Positions 51,922-63,538 of a stretch of DNA of 64,000 bases are shown one piece after another; positions within the stretch are counted from its first letter, which is position 1; each line of letters starts with the position of its first letter. The DNA is taken from NCBI GenBank assembly GCA_951406725.2, contig OX597825.1, positions 78,802,001 to 78,866,000 of the forward strand, in the 5' to 3' direction. The position numbers were made by a program, and so were the translations under genes. Source of the DNA: Octopus vulgaris (lineage: Eukaryota). The notes beneath the pieces are model-generated. The model did not search any database and was not told the origin of the DNA. It was given only the letters and a program-made list of their open reading frames with translations.

Positions 51922-52609
51922 GTAAGTATTGGATCTCTCACCATTAGATTACTTCGAAAAAAACCTTCTCTCTATTCATCACAGATCATATATATACATA
52001 TATATGTGTGTATATATATATGTGTGTATATGTGTATATATCTGTTTATTGTCCATGCTATTCTTCATTTGACACGAGAATTATTTGAACTGATGTTTAG
52101 AGAATTCTCACAGACATCAATAAATGCGTACAGAGTATATGTAATATGTATGTATGTATATATATACATATGTATATATATGCTTATATATTCGGCCGTA
52201 ATGGCTAAAACCTGATATAATATAGAGAGGTGTGTGAACATAAATATATATATTTATATATATATATATATATATATACGCGTACGTGTATATTCTAGGG
52301 GTTATGTAAAATTCTTTAGTTTTACTTGGGGGGTTGTCTGCTGTTTAGCTGTCGACATTATGTTTTAAGAGCTGGGGGTCGGGGTAATTTCTCGGTGGTA
52401 TTGTATCTTCTGACATAATTCTTAGCTCGCCACGTTGTCAGTCTAACCATGTATCCCGAACTGTCTTTCTACAGCATGTTCGGTTTGGCTTGTCAAAGAA
52501 GAATAAATAACAAACAAAAAGGACCAAAACCTGTACAGTGTGGCTTTGGCGGAACGGTAGATGCAGTTCTGCTCCTAAATTTTATGTATGTCATATATTT
52601 ATATATATA

Positions 52610-52707
52610 TATATGGCGTGTGTGGCATATATACCTGTGTGTGTATATATATATATATGTGTGTGTTGCAAATGTTTATATATATTGTATGTCTGGCATA
52701 TATTTGA

Positions 52708-52741
<34 letters not shown>

Positions 52742-52860
52742 GGCGTGTGTGGCATATATACCTGTGTGTGTATGTATGTATATATATATATGTTGCAAAT
52801 GTTTATATATATTGTATGTCTGGCATATATTTGAGTGTGTGTGTATATATATATACACAC
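52610..52860. repeat. Tandem duplication (~126 bp x2) within a microsatellite tract
   Basis: ATGGCGTGTGTGGCATATATACCTGTG...TGTTGCAAATGTTTATATATATTGTATGTCTGGCATATATTTGAGTG occurs twice. Confidence 0.85.
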
Positions 52861-54632
52861 ACACACACACACTCAATTTCTTTATTACCCAGGACGGGCT
52901 GACAATATATACACACACACACACATACACACCATAAATTGCATATCTATGACGTGTGTGTGTGTGTATATATGTATGTGTATGTATATATTATGTAGCA
53001 TGTATTGCATATGTCGGTGACGCGCACGCACACACATGACACACATTCTTTCATTATCATTTTTACGTCCGCTTTCCACGCTGGCATGGGTTGGGAGATT
53101 AGACAGGCTCCAACAGGTGAGAGGACAGCTTCTTGCTCCAGTGTCTGTTTTGGCATGGTTTCTATGGCTGTGTATCTTTCCGAAGGCCAACCACTTTACA
53201 GAGCGTACAGGGCGCTATTTTCATTGCCCTAACATTCCTGTAAATACCTTGTAACTCGCCAGACTGAAGAGATTGCTCACCTGAAAGGTAGAATAGATAA
53301 TAGAGTGGTTGCTATAGGTTAATGTATGATGAGAGGACTAGGGACCGGTTTGTTGTGGAGGTGATTCGTGGCTGTTTTGCATTTTACATGGGTGGATGTA
53401 GGTGACTTGAGTGGCACGAAGAAGGTAAATTTGGTGGTGGTGGTAGGGTGCTAGGACTTACCCTCAAGGTAACATGTTGGAATGGAAGGAAACATGGAGA
53501 CAGGAGGATCGGCAGAGGTGGGTAATGCTGTAAGAGTGTGAGGTGAGAGATGGATATATGTTTCTTTATTACCCACAAGGGGCTAAACACAGAGGGGACA
53601 AACAAGGACAGACAAACAGATTAAGTCGATTACATCAACCCCCAGTGCGTAACTGGTACTTAATTTATAGACCCCAAAAGGATGAAAGGCAAAGTCGATC
53701 TCGACGGAATTTGAACTCAGAACATAGTGAGAGATGGATATAAACATGGGTTGGAGGTGGTCAGATGTGTATGTGAATAGTGAAACAGGAGTAGAGTGGT
53801 GATCGATGGTAAATCTAAGTAGAGGTGGGGGGTATAAAAATGGTGGGTGGATGTCAATTGGGACTAGCTTAGCGGAGAGGAAGTGGTGACTGGCAGTACA
53901 GAAACTGTGATATAAAACATAGCAATAGACTGTAATTTCATTATTTACAGCAACAGAATAATGCTTTAGATAGGAGAGTGATGAAGGGATTAAACAATAG
54001 GAAGATGAAAGGCAGGGCTAAAGATTGCAAGGGTGTGGAGGAAGAGTGGGAGATGAGTAAAGCAGGGATGGTGGTAACCAATGTCAGAAATGATGGTAAA
54101 TCTAGGCGCAAGTGACAGTAAGAATGAGGGATGGATGTTAATAGGCAGTGATTCAGGGTTAGGACTCGGTTGTCTGGGTGAATGGGGTAAGGAGAAGAGG
54201 GGTGAAACAACAGCAAGTTACAGTCTTGGCAAAGACACTGGATAGGGACCCAATTGTGTGCATATACATGTTTCAAGAACCTCAATTGTGTGCATTTACA
54301 TTATGCTTTCATAGCCAGGCAGGTCTTCTCAATGCACTGCATATCACCAATCTTCTTGGTCCCTTGTCATTCCTTCCATGAGGCTCAACATTCTAAGCTC
54401 AACTTACACCACTTCATCTCACATCTTTCTGGGTCTCCCTATTCTAGGTTCCACCCACTGCAAGCAATTGGCACTTGTTTACACAACTATCTTCATCCAT
54501 ACACAACACATTCCCGAATCAGTAAAATCTTTTCTCTTCCACACTACATCTGATTCCCCTCATGCTTAACACCTGTACTTTGTCCTTCATGCACACTCTG
54601 ACATAGTATATCCAACAGAACACATTTGCTTA

Positions 54633-55146
54633 CCGTAAATCCTCGAGTATAGTCCGCCCTTGAGTATAATACGCAGGGGATTTTTAGGGGGCTGTACCTC
54701 TGAAAAACCTAAACCTTGTGTATAATATGCACCTCTTCTCTAACTTGAGTCAAGGAGGTCTATATAACGTCCTTGGTTTGTAAAAATGTATACAGTAATG
54801 TCCTTTATTATTATTGTACATATAATATAATGCAAACGTCTAGCTTTTTTGTGCATTTTGTTTGCAGAAAATAAAGAAATAACAGTAATAACGTTTAATA
54901 AATGTTGCTTACTGCAAGTTATGGATGATTCTTTTATGACTTCATTGCTTTCAGGCTTAGCTTAAGGTATTTTCGCACCTTATGCGTCACAAAATGTGTC
55001 TGAATAAACATTGCCGGACAGCAAATAGAAACTCAGACATTGCTTAGAAAATATTTTTCATTTTTAACCTCATATATAGTACACACTAGGGATTTTGACC
55101 TTTTAATTTTGGGGAAAAAATGCAGGTTATACTTGAGGATTTATGG
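54633..55146. mobile_element. Non-autonomous TcMar (Tc2/pogo-like) element
   Basis: TIRs CCGTAAATCCTCGAGTATA / TATACTTGAGGATTTATGG with TA on both sides; nested in RTE 3' sequence. Confidence 0.8.
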
Positions 55147-55149
55147 TAA

Positions 55150-56750
55150 TTTCTTTCTAATCTTTGCAAGGTTCTCTGCATTCACAGCCCACTTCTTACT
55201 ACCTGTCATGAAGCATTGCTGGTCAAAAGACAAGCATCATACAGTGTGCCTTGTTACCAACAGATGCAGCTTCCTGAACCTTCTACTAACTGTTCTTATA
55301 CCAGCTACTATGCTTTCATAATATCCTCTGCTACTGCTAATTAAGTTTTCTGAATATCAGAAACCATCTACGATTTCTAGGGGTCCTCCTGGTTGCTTAA
55401 GAGCATCTGTTTCTCATGCACTCTTAGTGTTTATTGCATCTGAGTATCTTTAACTGTTCATGATCCCACTGCATCTTTCTTGTGCTCATAGTGTGCATTC
55501 GGTACACCATATTGGATTTCTACACATTGAGCAAGGCCAGTTTCCTTATGGTTGCAGGGCTGCCCTGTCTCTTTTGCTATGTATTAATACTTTAGTCTTT
55601 GCTAAGCTTAGTCTTTTGATTCCAGGTTTTCCTTCCATACCTGAAATTTCTTCTTTAATCCTACCACAGATTCACCTCTAAGAACAAGGCCATCATCATA
55701 TAGGAATTCCCAGAGGCATCCAGTTTTAATCTCCTATGCTATGGCCAGGGCTCAGTACTCAGTCACCTATTTATCAACACTGAGTCCTGACGGAATACCT
55801 GCTCACTAAATTCATCACTACTCATTGCTAACTCTCACCTTACTGACAGCATCCTCATACCTGGATTGTATGATTCTCACAAGCCATTCTTCTACTCCCA
55901 ACTTAATCAATGCACGTCCTATCACCAAGTGACAGACTCTGTCAAGGGCTTTCTCCAGGTTGACAAATACTAGGTACAGTGGCTCACTTTTATCTCAGTA
56001 TTTCTCACTTGGAAGATGGTATGATGAGTAGGACATACCATCTTGGCACGTAACTGGACTGCATCTCATCTACACCAACTCCCTTCCTTAACTCTTTCTG
56101 TGACTTTCATGACTTGGTCCAGCAATTTGATACCTCTGTAATTAACTCTCTCCAATGCATCTTTTTTTACCCTTGTAACAGTTTGACTACAATGCTTCTA
56201 TGTCAGTCATTGGACATATCATCTTTCTGTGCAACCTGATTGACAATATGGGTAACTCACTCATATCCTGCTCCATCACACATTTTAAACATCTGAATGG
56301 TAATTCCTGCTGGATCAGGAACTTTCTTTGCTTTCTACATCATGCTAAAGCCTTCTAGAATGGCTGGCCCCCTTCTTGAGTCTGTGTTGAGAAAACCCTT
56401 ATATGCATTTCCCACATTTAACAGCCTTTCGTAATAGCACTTCCTTTTCATCATCATCATAAAAACATTAAATCCAAGAGTACCATTATCCATCCACCCA
56501 CAATTTCATGATTTCTTCAGATACACTGTCTTGCAATGCAGAACACTTCATTCTGCTGGTCCTCACATTGTAAAATATCAACAAGCCCCTCGTGTTCTGT
56601 TTTACCTCTTACTAAATAAATCTGTCGCTTAGCTTGCCTTGTTGTTACCTGATATAATTCTCTGCTGTTATAGCTCTGTCTGTCTCACTGTTTTATGACC
56701 ATATCACCTGTCTGGCTGGAATCTTGCTCCAGCCATGGATATGGTCATTA
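55150..56750 (-). mobile_element. Degenerate RTE-clade LINE reverse-transcriptase region
   Basis: Minus-strand remnants NYRGIKLLDQ (~56115-56143), VFVNLEKALDRV (~55935-55970), VLSP (~55750-55765) and WEFLYDDGLVL (~55682-55712, YADD box), with stops and frameshifts. Confidence 0.85.
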
Positions 56751-58221
56751 GCGCTCAACAGGAATTCACTTTAAATGGAAGACAAAAAATATGCCAAATG
56801 GTGAAAATGGTTATGTTTTGTACTGAAGAACACCAGAAGACAGAAGCTTCCATAGCTTAGTTGGACATCATCACTTTGTCACAGATGTTGTACACATCGA
56901 TTTCGAGTTTTGCATTTCATTGAAGTTAAGTGAATATGTCATCTGAGGATCTAATTGTGCAATGTTTGCTCAGATTGGCTAAAAGAACTGCAGTAAAGTT
57001 AACACACTTCTGGCAAGAACAGCACTTCAGCAGCAATGAGACTCTGTACTTTCTTTTTTGTCTTACTCACTCATGAAAATATCCCAGCATTCAACAGCAT
57101 GCAGTCCATTTGGTGAAAATGGGCAGTGGGTTTATTTTAGTCAAACAACTGCTGCATGTCACATTAGTGGTCTTCCTCAACCTGCACAAACTGTTCCTGT
57201 ATGATCCTTTTGCCAAAAAACATTGGAGGGAACCTGCAGAAGAGGTAGACCCAGGAAGATATGGCATGAGGCAGTGAAGTAAAATCTTCAGTTGTTGAGT
57301 CTCACAGTGGTGATGTCAAGCACCTGAGACCCTTGGCAATTTGATGTGCTTGAGAGGACACACCAAGTTAAGTGAAATCATTGTTGTGGCCAGTGACATG
57401 TAAAAGGTATCTGTGCTGGTGACACATATAAGGCACCCTCTACACTCTATAGAGTGGTTGGTATCAGGAAGGGCATCCAGCCATAGAAACCAAGCCAAAA
57501 CAGATTGGAGCCTGTGGCAGCTCTCCACCATACCAAGTTTCAGTCAAACCGTCCAACTCATGCCAGCATGGAAAACTAACTAAGATAATGATTGTTGTTC
57601 CATCAGAGTCTGTCCTACAATATATAAGGAACAAACTGTGCAGACAAAGAAAGTGCAGTACTCCTGTTAAAAGCTACCTGACATGAGTTTTGACAGTGCT
57701 GTTGGAAGAAATTGCAGTGTACATGCTTGTCAACATGAATGCTTCTTCCTTTCACTTCTCCATGGAGAGCAAAGTCCAAGTTCATTTCAAAATCTTTGAA
57801 TAGGAAATGGGGCAAATTTTGCACCACTTACAAACAGACATGCTTTATATTTGGACTGTAAGAAAAAGATTTATAGCCAATATTCATACGTGTATAGACA
57901 CACACTAACATATATATATATGTGTGTGTGTGGAGGCACGTGGCTTAGTGGTTAGGGTGTCGGCATTATGGTTGTAAGATTCTGGTTTCGATTCCTGGAC
58001 TGGGCGACGCGTTGTGTTCTTGAGCAAAACACTTCATTTTACGTTGCTCCAGTCCACTCAGCTGGCAAAAATGAGTAACACTGCGATGGACTGGCGTCCC
58101 ATGCAGCTGGGGTACACATGCACCATAGAAACCGGGAAACCAGACCCATGAGCCTGGCTAGGCTTTAAAAAAGGTGTATTTATTTATATATATATATATA
58201 TAGACACACACGAACATATAT

Positions 58222-58990
58222 ATACAGGATGCGATGAGTAAACTGTCATCTAAATTAAGCAAAAATGAAAGTAACATTGACATCTCATTTTTTTTAACAG
58301 ATATATTTACCAAAACTGTGTAAAAATATCTTGAAATACTAAAGAGTAAATTTAAGTTGGTGAATGCTGCCATAATCCTTGCCTTCAGTTCATCTTTGAT
58401 GTTACAGGGGTTTCGTTGGTCTCTCACTCAACTGCGCCAACATATCATAATCAAAGGGGTTGCAGTCTGGGGAGTTAGATGGCTAGATGTTAGGGGTAGT
58501 GTGGTCGCAGAAATTGTCTGACGATCATGACTGGGTTCTCCTGCTTGTTTGGCGTGGGGCAGAGTCCTGTTGCCAGACATAGGGTCTTCCAGCAGCCACC
58601 CTCTTGACCCAGGGCAGCACTACCTCCTCCAAGCACTTGATGTGCCTGGAGGAGGTTGATGTGCATCTGTGTGTGAAGATGTTATGGAGGCATAGTGTTG
58701 CCATCACTAGTGGTCACTCCAAACACCATGATGTTGATTAGATGTTTGATTATTGTCACTCTCGGTGCATGTTTTGGGGACAAGGCAAACCGATAGTTAT
58801 TCTGTGTGTTCACCATCTGTTCGTATTGGAGCTTCCAGCACGAATGCCAAGCAGTACAGCATGTCGTTTCCAAATTTCTGGCAGTGAATTGCGTCCTGGT
58901 GCTGTTTTTTTCTCACAGACTGTGCCCAACTGACCCTACTATACTATGTAGTTGACAAAATCAAAAGCAAACAATGCATATGTGTGAAAT
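58222..58990 (-). mobile_element. Tc1/mariner (maT/DD37D-like) transposon relic
   Basis: YVWQQDSAPRQTSRRTQS followed by (W>stop)PSNSPDCNPFDY; TA-CAGG terminus at ~58222; multiple frameshifts. Confidence 0.8.
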
Positions 58991-59382
58991 TAAAAAATAT
59001 AAAATGTAGATGTGTATATATAGACACACACATACGAATCATCATCATCCATATGTTGCCACATAGATGCTTCTGTGTCTCAAACAGCTCTGAGTGTTGT
59101 GATTCCTTCTTTAACCGTGCTGCTAAAATACTGTGAACCCATCTAATCTCCTTCAGCTTTGGCTCAAATATTGGCGATAATCTTGCTGAAGAGTTTAAGC
59201 ATCAAACTTAACAGATATGTTTCATCCCCACTCCCCCACATAGGTTTCCGCAGATGAAATTTGATGCAGCTCTCATGAACAAACTTGATGACCAAATGAC
59301 CAAGAACTTTAAAAAATAGGCCTCCCTCAGCTTCTCTGCACAGAAGTCAATAACCTAACAATAGAAATTTTGAAAGACATCC

Positions 59383-59608
59383 TTAACCTTTTAACGTTCA
59401 GATCACTCTGTCAAATATAATATTTATTCACATTGTTTTGGATTAATTATGCATTATCTCGTAGCTTTGAGGTTTTGATTATGTGATTGATTATTTTTAG
59501 CATATCATTGTTGGAGAGGCATGGGAAACCAAATCTGGCCAGTTTGAACACAAAGCAGGTTGAATATTTGAGCCAGATATATCTGGTTTGAATGCTAAAG
59601 GAGTAATT
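59383..59608. mobile_element. piggyBac-like MITE; second copy at about 26322-26547
   Basis: TTAACCTTTTAACGTTCAGA start and AATGCTAAAGGAGTAA end; internal sequence clearly homologous to 26322-26547. Confidence 0.55.
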
Positions 59609-60573
59609 ATGACACAGTAACAGAATATCATCATCATCATCATTTAACGTCCGTTTTTCCATGCTAGCATGGGTTGGATGGTTCGACCGGGGTCTGGTAA
59701 GCCACGGAGGCTGCACCAGGCTCCAGTCTGATCTGGCAGTGTTTCTACAGCTGGATGCCCTTCCTAATGCCAACCACTCCATGAGTGTAGTGGGTGTTTT
59801 TTACGTGCCACCGGCACGGGCCAGAGCAGGCTGGCAAACAGCCACGATTGGTTGGTGCTTTTACGTGTCACCGACACGGACTCCAGTCAGGCGGCGCTGG
59901 CACCTGCCACGTTCGGACGGTGCTTTTTACATGTTAATGATAATGAACTGAGATCCATTGCAGACAGCAGGTTGTTTCTGTTACTTTTGACTGGGTTGGT
60001 TAACAGAAAAAAAATCAATGTCTCATTGCTTGACAAAGTTTGTCAGTGTAAAGGTACAGCTATTGCAGATTTTTCTTCAGGTCTTGCTGCCAATGTTCCT
60101 TCCTGGAGGCCGCACAGCCCACTCTGCTTTCAAACTCCTCTCCTTGGCTTTGAACACAAATGATGCAACTGTTTGTAGCATTGTCAAGGATTCAGCAACT
60201 GAGAAAGATTCTAAGAGATGTCAAGTGATTGTCTGTGGTGAATGCACGACAACTCACAAAAGAGCTCCGAAGATTCCTGATCAGAACAGTACAGGGCTTG
60301 TGAAAATAGGCATCTAATAGGGTAGCAGGTGAGTCCTACCAGACACTGCTAGCAGTTACAAAAGGAACAAAAATTTGCATCCCTTTGGTCCAAAGCTAAA
60401 CCCTTTAAACAGCATTGAAGCCGAGATGTTACAATAATAACAGATTGGTTGGCTGCTTTTACAGAATGTTGTATCATCAACCATTAAAAATGATTATGTA
60501 CAGAGAAATGCAGGAAGGAATATGTCCAGGAGATGAGCGGTGATGATCTTCTTGTCTTGTCTTGAGACAGCAT

Positions 60574-60800
60574 TCACCAGGGGTAGGTTGAGCTGGCTTC
60601 ATTCATCCTCAATGCTGTATCTCTCACAAATGCTGACCAGACCTGGCTATTTGAGGCTAATGACCGCGTGATCTCCAACCATTCCTTATTCCATTGGCGA
60701 ACACCGTACATATGGGGGCCTAGGTTGGGTTCCAGATCAGTCTTGACTGTCATCAACCAGGTTTTTCGTTGTCCACCATATCGCGGTAGAGGTGATGATG
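60574..60800 (-). mobile_element. RTE-type LINE 3' fragment
   Basis: GGQRKTWLMTVKTDLEP..GP..YG.RQW..EW......LA.N...W.AFVRD pattern, followed by an (ACAAG)n-like tail. Confidence 0.55.
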
Positions 60801-62567
60801 CAAGAATAACTAAAGCAAACATTGAAAAATATTGATGTTTGTTTGTGAACTGTTGATGAATCTGTTCTCTGCTCTATAGAGAAAACCCCACTTCTTTGAT
60901 ATTGTTAAGAAAAGACTGACCAAAGGAGACATCGATAGAGGTTTGTGGTGGGTGAACAACAAACAGAATAAAGAAGGAATCTTGGATCCAGCTGCACCTC
61001 AATTCTCATATCCGCATTAGCATTCTTTTCAAATATTTATGCAGCATTTTAATAGCATGGTGAAAAGAAACTCAAAACTCATGGCTATTTGAGATACAGA
61101 TGTTCCTGTCTCTATGCTAACATAATGAGCAACATTCTCTTGCAATCCAAATATAAAGTGTCTCTCTCTCTCTCTCTCTCTCTCTGTAGCTGGTGCTGGG
61201 ATTGCTGTTTCCTATTTGAAATGAACTTTTCACCCTATTGAAGAGGTCATAGAAAGTAACAGTCATGTTGACTAATATGTACAGTATCCTCTATGCCAAT
61301 GCCACTGTCGAAACTTATGGCAGATTGGCTTTTTAACTGGAGTGCTGTGATTTCTTTGTCTCCACTGCTTGTTGTTCGATGTATATTAAGGGGAGGTTGG
61401 TAGTTGGAGACATTGATGGGGTGGTGAGGTTAACAAGGAAAGAATTTTTTGGTTATGATGTTGCATCATCATCATCATCATCGTTTAACGTCCGTTTTCT
61501 ATGCTAGCATGGGTTGGACGGTTTGACCGGGGTCTGGGAAGCCAGGGGGCTGCACCATGCTCCAGTCTGATCTGGCAGTGTTTCTACAGCTGGATGCCCT
61601 TCCTAATGCCAACCACTCCGTGAGTGTAGTGGGTTCTTTTTACGTGCCACTGGCACAGGTGCCAGGGGAGGCTGGCTTCAGCCACGTTTGGTTGGTGCTT
61701 TTTACGTACCACTGGCACAGGTGCCAGGGGAGGCTGGCTTCGGCCACGTTCGGTTGGTGCTTTTTACGTGCCACCGGCACAGGTATCACAACTACAATTT
61801 CCATTTGATTTTTATTTTGATGTGGATGTACTTGACTCAATAGGTCTCCTCAAGCACAGCAGGTCGTTCTGCAATCCAAGGTACCTTGGATGGGCGGGGC
61901 TATGCGAAACTGGTGCAGGAAACAGCCATGAACTCACATTATTTGTTGGGTCTTTTCACAACTTACTTAGAACATAAATTCAATGGAACAAAATTCTTGA
62001 CATCAAGAAGCACCAATGCTGACGATGTTGACACTCATCATCATCATTTTAACATCCACTTTTTTGCGCTTGCATGGATCAGATAAAATTTACTGAAGCA
62101 GATTTTTCCTGCTGTCAGTATTCACCTGTCTGCAAGCAAGGAAATATTTCTCCATCACCTGGTTTTTTTTCACGGAAGATTGGAAACAAAGGACACCACA
62201 AGTTTGACAGGGATGCTTGTTTACATCTATTGCACAATGCCAGCATGGAAAGTGGACACGAAATGATGATATGATGGACTTCTTCCAGTTTGTCTTGCAA
62301 ATCCACTTACAAAACATTGGTTGACCCAGGGCTATGGTAGAAGATAATTGTCCAAGGTGCCATGCAGTGAGACTGAACCCCAAAACACATAGCTGGAAAG
62401 CAGGCTTCTTAACCAGTGTGTGTGATGGTGCATGGGGAAAACCCCTCAAACGTCACTAAAAATAGAAATATGTTTTGTATTTCTGTTAAAAACTGAAACT
62501 TGGTGTAAGGACCGATTTCTTCACTATTCTGACTCCATTTTTCTCAGTTGTTTATTTAGTGACATAA

Positions 62568-63078
62568 AGGCGCAGGAGTGGCTGTGTGGTAAGTAGCTTG
62601 CTTACCAACCACATGGTTACAAGCTCAGTCCCACTGTGTGGAACCTTGGGCAAGTGTCTTCTGCTATAGCCCCGGGCCGACCAAAGCCTTGTGAGTGGAT
62701 TTGGTAGCCGGAAACTGAAAGAAGCCCGTCGTATATAAATATGTGTGTTTCTATGTCTGTGTCCACTCACAAGGCTTTGGTCGGTCCGAGGCTATAGCAG
62801 AAGACACTTGCCCAAGGTACCACGCAGTGAAAATGAACCTGGAACCACACAAACATACACACTCACACACACACGTGTGTGTCTGTTTCTCCTCCCACCA
62901 TTGCTTGACAACCGATGTTGGTGTGTTTACATCCCCGTAACTTAGCAGTTCGGTAAAAGAGACCGATAGAATAAGTACTAGGCTTACAAAGAATATGTCC
63001 TGGAGTCAGTTTGTTCGACTAAAGGCAGTGCTCCAGCATGGCTGCAGTCAAATGACTGAAACAAGTAAAAGAATAAAA
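62568..63078 (+). mobile_element. SINE family A with an internal inverted duplication
   Basis: Normal head and tail, but ~62762-62850 is the reverse complement of ~62610-62700. Confidence 0.85.
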
Positions 63079-63192
63079 TATACACATATATATATATATA
63101 TAGTTAATCCAAACAAGAAAGCACAAAAAAACACAACAACGCGAGGACATGGAACAAATATAGTATTATTGGATGCTCAGGAAAGAAGGAGG

Positions 63193-63227
63193 GTTTAACG
63201 TTTCGAGCAGAGCTCTTCGTCGGAAAC
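63193..63227 (-). ncRNA. Minimal hammerhead motif of a second Penelope-like family
   Basis: Minus strand: gttt-CCGACGA-A-GAGC(TCT)GCTC-GAAAC-GTT-aaac. Palindromic AACGTT stem III as in dimeric minimal hammerheads. Confidence 0.6.
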
Positions 63228-63429
63228 ATAGGAAAAGGAAAGATCCAGAGAAGGGAAGACAGAGGGGAAAAAATCGCCAACGGTACACACGAGGTCACAT
63301 TACTCCAGTATATATATACTGGAGTAAGCACATAAATGTGAAACAAGGTGGTAATAAAAGAGTACTCAAATACCAGAGGTAGAGTAATATGCTTTATTTA
63401 AAAGCAGCAGAAATATCACACACAAAAAA

Positions 63430-63474
63430 AAACAGTTACTCAGAGTTTCACGTTCCCGTTCGTCGGACAGTTTG
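63430..63474 (-). ncRNA. Minimal type I hammerhead ribozyme motif (Penelope-like), CCGA core variant
   Basis: Minus strand: caaactgt-CCGACGA-ACG(GGAA)CGT-GAAAC-TCTGA-GTA-actgttt. Stems I, II and a quasi-palindromic stem III all pair around the core. Confidence 0.7.
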
Positions 63475-63490
63475 GTAAGAATGATTCTTA

Positions 63491-63538
63491 CAAAACTGTC
63501 TGACGAACGGGAACGTAAAACTCAGAGTAAGAGTTTTG
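63491..63538 (+). ncRNA. Minimal type I hammerhead ribozyme motif, inverted partner of 63430-63474 (GAAA mutated to AAAA)
   Basis: caaaactgt-CTGACGA-ACG(GGAA)CGT-AAAAC-TCAGA-GTA-agagttttg. Confidence 0.6.

Larger units (their letters stand above)
56770..61100 (+). mobile_element. Fragmented Helitron Rep/PIF1-helicase fossil
   Basis: Collinear degenerate motifs HIDFEFCIS..EYVI*GS (~56895), SSNE..AVHL/ENGQWVYF (~57030-57140), HECFFLSLLH..SPSSF (~57735), CEPSN..LWLKY (~59130), SSGLAA/LPGGRTAHSAFKL and IVCGECTTTHKRA (~60075-60265). Interrupted by SINEs, a maT element and a MITE. Confidence 0.8.
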
